The position numbers and the translations under genes are program-made. Below the pieces are notes generated by a model, which was not told where the DNA came from, ran no database searches, and saw only the letters and a list, made by a program, of their open reading frames with translations. Shown in pieces: positions 57,650 through 64,000 of a stretch of 64,000 nucleotides of DNA (position 1 is the stretch's first letter; the number at the start of each line of letters is the position of its first letter). Source of the DNA: Macrostomum lignano (lineage: Eukaryota); assembly GCA_002269645.1 (NCBI GenBank), contig NIVC01000084.1:248001-312000 (forward strand), in the 5' to 3' direction.

Positions 57650-58130
57650 CTTGCTAAACCAGTGGGTGGCTTTTAAGCACAGGGAGAGGTGGGCTAACGC
57701 CCCAGACTACCGGCAATCCCGCGCGGCTGTCCCCTGTCCTTCCTCCGCCCTGCGCAGGGCCCTGCTTGGACTCAAACGCAGGGACATCAGGGCGGTGACC
57801 ATGGCCCTCTCGGGTCATGGCTGTTTTGCCAGGCATCGTCACCTCCAGGGAAAAAATCCGCAGTGAGGAATGCCCATTCTGTCTCTCCGGTGTCGAGAAT
57901 GCGGAGCACTTTATCTGTGAATGCCCTGCCTTTACTCAGGACAGGCTCACCTACCTCGGCCCAAACCCGGACCTCTCCGACGTTTTCAGGCCCGAGAATC
58001 TCTGCCAGCTCGTCCGCTACCCTAAGGGCTACCGGGCGAGCGACAATCCACCTCTTGGACTCTCCGGAGGGGAACCGCGCTGCGGACACCGGCACCACCG
58101 GAATTCCTTGCGCGACACCGCAGCACTAGC
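57650..58130 (+). mobile_element. 3' fragment of an I/R1/LOA-group LINE ORF2 with CCHC zinc knuckle
   Basis: [14 protein letters not shown]...RH, then after a frameshift CPFCLSGVENAEHFICECP, which is typical of LINE ORF2 C-termini. Clade assignment is from motif memory. Confidence 0.75.
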
Positions 58131-60819
58131 TGCCCGTGGTCGCCAGGGGTTAGCGAAATGGGCGGCAACGCCTCGTCGCTGTTTCCTGATGCACGGAGCC
58201 CCCTGCAGCTAAGTGAAGTAAGTCAAGGGACCTTGCTATCGGACCACCCACAACCCAAGCTACCAATTCTCCATCTAGGGCGGGTGCCCCTGGAAGGGTG
58301 AGGTCTGATCCCCTTCTGTGCCCGGGTGCCCCGGCCAATCCGGTGCGATGGCGGTGGAGGGTACCACTTTCCTACTACTACTCTGGTATCAGTACCTCGG
58401 GCCACAGCTCTGTAAACCATCATTCCCGAGCTAGGTTACATCACAATCAAGTGTGATTTTCCGGAGCTGATACTGGCATGTAAAAAAGCACGTTTATTAC
58501 TTCAGCCCGTACATCATCACACTCCAATTCAGAGTTCACTGCCAGTTTCTTGTTTGCAAAATATTTTATTCTGTTCTAGGCCCTACTTTTCCCATTTAAA
58601 GCCCTTTTAAAATCAGGTAAGATGGCTTCGTAAAACAGAATAGCGCCAACAAAGATCTAGAAACTTTTTAATCCCGGGATTGGCAAAACTCGGGACTTTG
58701 TATTCCCAAATAACACCCAAAGTGATAACAGCGCTAAACGCTATTTTGTTTTTGGAGTCACGAGTTTCGGTTTTGAGATGATATTAGGGTTGATGATGGG
58801 CGTTGCTAGCACTTTCGGTGTAGTGATATATTTCGGTTTTGTGATTGTGATGCCCTCCCCCACAAAAATGATCACGTTCCAATTCTAACGTCTAAAATCA
58901 CTTTTTCGTAGTAGTGAATGTCAGTGTTTCTCCTACAGTTATTGTTTAATGTTCTCTGCTAATAAAACTTCTTCCAAAAACAGCCAAAAGGCCAAGAGAA
59001 GCGATAAGACTGAGAAATAGCTAGCTTGCCAATTGCCATGGAGATTAGATAGGGAGGGGCTTGTACGAGTATGTGCTTTATACATTTATCAGTGCAGAGC
59101 ACTTACCAGGGGTAGCTATGAGATTTTCACAATATCTAAAGCACTTATTTAGCACAGTGCCTCAGAAAGTAAATGGAATGCAATAAGTCTGAGCTTACTA
59201 GTACATGCTTCACTGTACTATAACTGTTTAAAGACTGTAATTACCATGGAAACGAGGCAGATAGTTTTGCAAATAAAGACAGCTTTAATAATAGCAGATC
59301 TAAAGAACAAGTGTCTAATACTTGAGTGCATGAACCAATGACAATGACAAAAATATGGAAAACTTCGAATTGTACTAATAACCATTATGTTGAAGGAAAT
59401 GGGCATATTTCTTAGTGGGACCATATAACCAAGGGATTTTTCGGCTAAAACCCTAAGGTCCCTAATAAAGAATGTATAGACATAAAAATGTATCCATTCA
59501 AAGTTCAAAACCAAAAGAAAGCTACAGATATATAGTACTTTGACTTTGTACATCAGAAGTTGTCGAACCCTAGCCTGTGGGTCCTTTGAAACTTCACAAT
59601 AGCAATCAAAACTTACTTAAGGTTGTCTTTTATCAGATCCCTACTCTCCAATTTCCTCTTCTCTCTTATTTCATTCTTTTTTATCCTTTTCTTTCCTTTC
59701 TTTATTCCTCTTTCGACTTTTTTCCTTTTCTATATTTGATTTTCTAAGTATGGCTATCTCTCTTCTCCTATATTCCTTAACCTATTTTCCTATCTGTTTT
59801 CTTTCTCCTCTTTTCCTTTTCTCTGACCCTTGGTGTATAAATTTCAAATGTTTATTTGACTGTGTAATTGCTAGTATAGTAATATTATATAGAGTATAAA
59901 ACTCACTAGAAGAAAAAAAAATAGCTCCCTAGGGTTAGCATCCCTAGACCACATCGTTATAGTAAAAGTCACAATAAGAAATCTATCCTAACAAAATCTA
60001 CAATTCTATCAACTTTGCCTATCTATGACAATTGGCACATTTATAATTGTTATCAATTGCCTGTTTGGCATAACTATAATTATAATACAATTATTCTAAT
60101 TAGAATATTATTGTACACATAGTCTGAATCATGTTGGCTATATACCTAAGCAAAAATTGAATAACTTTATAAATGCACACCAAAAATATTTGAGTGCATA
60201 CCCACACTCTCAAACAGTGCTGCCACTCACAACAAAATTATTTTTTGCACAGGGTAAACATTTTTGCCCAGGTAGAAACCTAAGCTGATTGTTATTAGTA
60301 AATGAAGAAATTCAGTCCAGCATCCTTTTTTCTTGTCATTTTTTTTCTTAGTCACAACTTTCAAATCCCTAAAAACTCTTTCCTAAATTAATTAAATGAT
60401 AAATCAATGCTTAAGGCTTGAAACTGAACAAACAATTGCATGTTTAATTTCAAGTGCAAACAAAGAGCAGCCATAACTGATAAGTGAAGTATCAATGTAT
60501 CATCATTTGAAGTGGAATTGAACATTTTGCTACTGCCAGATTTTTAACAATCCAAAAAGTCTGATTTGCACAGAAATTTAGGGTCTTGCACATTATTTGC
60601 ATATTTGCACAGAAAATTGAAATCTTGCACACTGTGCAAAATTTGTGCAGCTGTGGCAGCACTGCTCTCAAATCTAGGCTAGTGTTAGAACAATAAATGA
60701 CATTTTTTTGTTTTGCATAAATGAACTTTTTGGCTTATAATTTAGTTGACTATTTTTATCTTTCTTGCTTATACTATTTGTAGTAGAAAATTAATACCCA
60801 TAACCATTTGTTCAAATGC

Positions 60820-61215
60820 CACACTTAGAGACACGGCAACCGTGTCTATAATGCAAAAACTTATAGACACGGTGGCTGTGTCTCTAATAGTGACTAGGTC
60901 CATACTTATAGACACAGCCACCATTTCTCTAAGTTTCTGCATTATAGACACGGCTGCTCTGTCTATAAGTATGGACCTAGTCACTATTAGAGACGCGGTC
61001 GCCGTGTCAATAAAACTTGCACGGCAGCCGTGTCGTTAATATTGAATGGGTTCACACTTAGAGACATGGTGGGTGGCCGTGTCATTAATATTGACTAGGT
61101 TCATACTTAGAGGCACAGTGGGTGGCCGTGTTGTTAATATTGACTGGGTTCACACTTAGAGGCATGGTGGGTGGCCGTGTCTCTAATATTGGAGCTTAAA
61201 GGCACGGCTGCCATG
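60820..61215. repeat. Degenerate array of hairpin units (AGACACGG-loop-CCGTGTCT) with a large internal inverted repeat
   Basis: Perfect 35-bp inverted arms at 60880-60914 and 60960-60994; ~49-bp tandem units at ~61035-61190. Confidence 0.8.
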
Positions 61216-61472
61216 TATACAATCATAGATTGGATGGAAAAAAAGAAAAGTTGTCGGGCCCGAGTTTTTAACTTGAAAGTTTAAAAAAATTAAAATAAAT
61301 TAAATTTTTAAGAGTAACACGAAATCTTAAAAAAGTGTGGCCGCAATTATATATGAAAAAGAAATATTCTTTGGATACATATTGGGCACACTTTAAGACT
61401 AGGTGTCTTAAAGAATTTTAATTTATTTTAATTTATTCTTTTATTTTATTTAAAAACCTGAAAAAATTCAAG

Positions 61473-61732
61473 GGGCCTTTTCATATTGCTTGTTCTGGTT
61501 CCAGAACCAGAACCAATTTGTGAAGTATAACTTTTTGTCTCCATAACTAGAGGGAGATATGTGCTATAAAGTTTTTATTATTGAATGACAATCGCCAAGA
61601 AGAAAGTGAAAAATCGTGCAAAGTGAGGCTGTTAAGGCAGTCAAGTATTAATAGAGTTAAATAGTTATACTGCTGTTTTTCTTAGAATCCCAAACCGATT
61701 CTGGTTCTGGAATTAGTAATATGAAAAGGCCC
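61473..61732. mobile_element. 260-bp MITE, probably PIF/Harbinger-like
   Basis: TIR GGGCCTTTTCATATT / AATATGAAAAGGCCC, a second matched block TTCCAGAACCAGAA, and a 3-bp AAG duplication at 61470-61472 and 61733-61735. Confidence 0.65.
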
Positions 61733-61780
61733 AAGGCAAAAAAATTTCTATTTGCTAAAAAATTTCAAATTAAAAAATCT

Positions 61781-61858
61781 CCAAGCATTGGGGATTCGAA
61801 CCCCTACTACTGAAAATCACAAGGCAATCGACAAATCCGCTGAGCCACGAATTGCTTG
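61781..61858 (-). ncRNA. tRNA-like Pol III element (tRNA pseudogene or SINE head)
   Basis: Minus strand shows box A TGGCTCAGCGG, T-arm GGGG-TTCGAAT-CCCC (box B) and CAAGCA/TGCTTG flanks that could pair. The anticodon arm does not fold well. Confidence 0.4.
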
Positions 61859-63878
61859 TGAGAAAGCCCTATAGAACACGCATTTTATATCGATGATTAT
61901 TGCTGTGCCCATAAGCTCAAATATTATAGACATGGCCGCCATGCCTATAAGTACTCCATTGTTCAAATGCCTTATTAAAATCTTAAAAATTGGAAAGCTT
62001 AAAATATAAGCAAAATTTGTGATTCTTTAAAGTGCATGCCAAGTGTACATATGTATGTATATGTATATGTATATATAAATGTCTACAAGTTAATATATAT
62101 ATATTATTTTCTTAGGAGGAGTAATGCGCACCAACTATATATGTCTATTTTTGGCATACAAGGTCAATGTACACCCAAATTTTTGGGCATATATTATCCA
62201 TACTCAGGAAGGAAGAGTGCACGCTAGAATATCCAGCATGCAGAAAAAAATTGACATACACTTTGGCATGTATTCAGCATTCTGAAACTTGGTATACCTT
62301 GTAGGCCTACACAATTTTGGCATTTAGCATCAATGATATGACTAGGTTTCACTATACTAACTTGACCACTACAACTTACCACTCCTTGAGTTTACAAAAA
62401 AGGAAATAATTCATTAGAATTTAACATAATAATATAGTATGATAAGCCTTTGAATGTCAGAACTTTTCCCATCCTAGATTTTTATTGTACAATTTAAATT
62501 AATAAAACAAAAAACGTCTATGTCCTTCAGCTACAGAACTTAAACTTTAAGCAACTGTGGTCTGCTTAAATAAATTTTTCTTGCTTTTTTGGTACCAAAT
62601 TTTAACATTGTTTTAATAGAGTGGCTTATCTTAAGAATAACAATACATGCGTTTAACACACTCATTTTTGGTATATAAAAACTTATGGGCTCAAATTTTG
62701 GCATACACTTGGTATACACAAAGAAGTTAGGGGAAAAAAATTGGCGTGCACTCACCTCCTACCTGACTATGGTATATTATAAGACCCAAATGGCCAAAGT
62801 GTGGTATTGTGCTAATAAAACAAAAAATTGAGCATGTCTACAACTATGTTACAATTGATCTATAACTATTGAATAAGCCTAGTTTAATACTTGATCAACA
62901 GTTTTTTTCTTTATTCTATCTTTTTTATGTGCTATTTGACATGCCTAGCTTAGACTTAGACCCAACTATTTCCTAATACTAATACTAATAGGGTTCATAA
63001 ATAAAAGCTAATTTTTCATTTTTTCAATATATACTAATTCAAAGGCTTACTAATATTATAATATAGCTAAAATAGCATAAATGTATAAAATGAGACAATA
63101 ATATACCATTTTACCTCCTGAATAAAGTCTTGTTTAAAAGAAAGAAACAAGCACTGCAGAACTTCAATTAAAAAATTCTTTAAAAAAGGAAAGACTTAGG
63201 AATATGAGCCCAAACAAATTTGGTGGGGACAACACTTTACTATTACGCAAAATTTAGCTCTATTTTTTGCCTTTGCTACTAGGCCTACATATCCTATGAC
63301 ACATATTCACTTGAAATTGAAGCTGAAAACAGACACCCCAAATCAAATGTTTGAATTAAAAGAAAATACGAGCTATTAGCTTTCCGAGCTACAAAAATAA
63401 CTTTCTTAACTAAATCCTTCATCGTTGACAGCTGTATGACTCCGGTCTATCGGCCGGCGGTCTACCTTCCGGCCTAAAAAAAGCTAACATTTCTAATTAA
63501 GTTTAAGCGTAATCTTGTAGAGTTCATAGAAATAAGCACATTTGAAAAGGCACTAAGAAACACGCAGTATATAGAAAACGTCTACATAAGAAATAAAATA
63601 GTTATTGATACTATTAATGAGTTTATAAAAGTTCTATAAAAATAAAAAAATCAAATTTTGATACAACTATAACGCCAAAGCTCCATACTATTTAAAATTT
63701 TAAAGTAGATTACACAGCTCGGCCTGAACTTGCGTGTATCATCATCATAGAAAGTTTCACCGTAGACCGAAACATTTCGAATATTGTCAAAAATAGCAAA
63801 CAAGGAAAGTTAAGAAACTGCTTTCAGTAAACTGCTAAATCAGTTATTTAGTGTCATTTATTTACATCTATTTTAAAA

Positions 63879-63969
63879 ATGGCAGAGATCGAAGAAGATG
63901 AAGAGATGCACACCATTGCAGAGGACATTGTTGTCACGAAGTACAAAATGGCTGGCGACTTGATAAATG
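63879..63969 (+). CDS. PA2G4: Proliferation-associated protein 2G4 / EBP1, exon 1
   Basis: MAEIEEDEEMHTIAEDIVVTKYKMAGDLIN matches the conserved EBP1 N-terminus (TIAEDLVVTKYKMGG); phase-1 GT donor at 63970. Confidence 0.92.
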
Positions 63970-64000
63970 GTAAAATTTATGCCTAGTAACTTTTGTAGCA

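Overview
Eukaryotic (invertebrate animal) genomic DNA with GC-rich exons, AT-rich introns and about a quarter of the window in micro/minisatellites. This style fits a free-living flatworm such as Macrostomum, but that is inference. Genes modelled by hand from ORFs plus splice sites: (1) two near-identical tandem copies of a DEG/ENaC channel gene (copy 1 runs off the left edge; copy 2 has a 1-bp frameshift); (2) a ~2086-aa GRL101-type LGR receptor with an added CUB/C-type-lectin ectodomain; (3) a two-exon 298-aa orphan; (4) a small secreted LamG-like ORF; (5) a two-exon 245-aa secreted Leu-rich orphan; (6) an SLCO/OATP transporter; (7) exon 1 of PA2G4/EBP1. Also present: RTE and I/R1-group LINE fragments, a Harbinger-like MITE, a tRNA-like box A/B element, inverted (GATA)n/(TATC)n arms and over 15 tandem arrays. 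Most long ORFs in the supplied track are repeat artefacts. No CRISPR array or prokaryotic system is present. The best novelty leads are the secreted 245-aa orphan, the giant receptor ectodomain, the inverted microsatellite structure at the ENaC duplication, and a (Thr-Thr-Arg)n ORF. No database searches or structure predictions were run.
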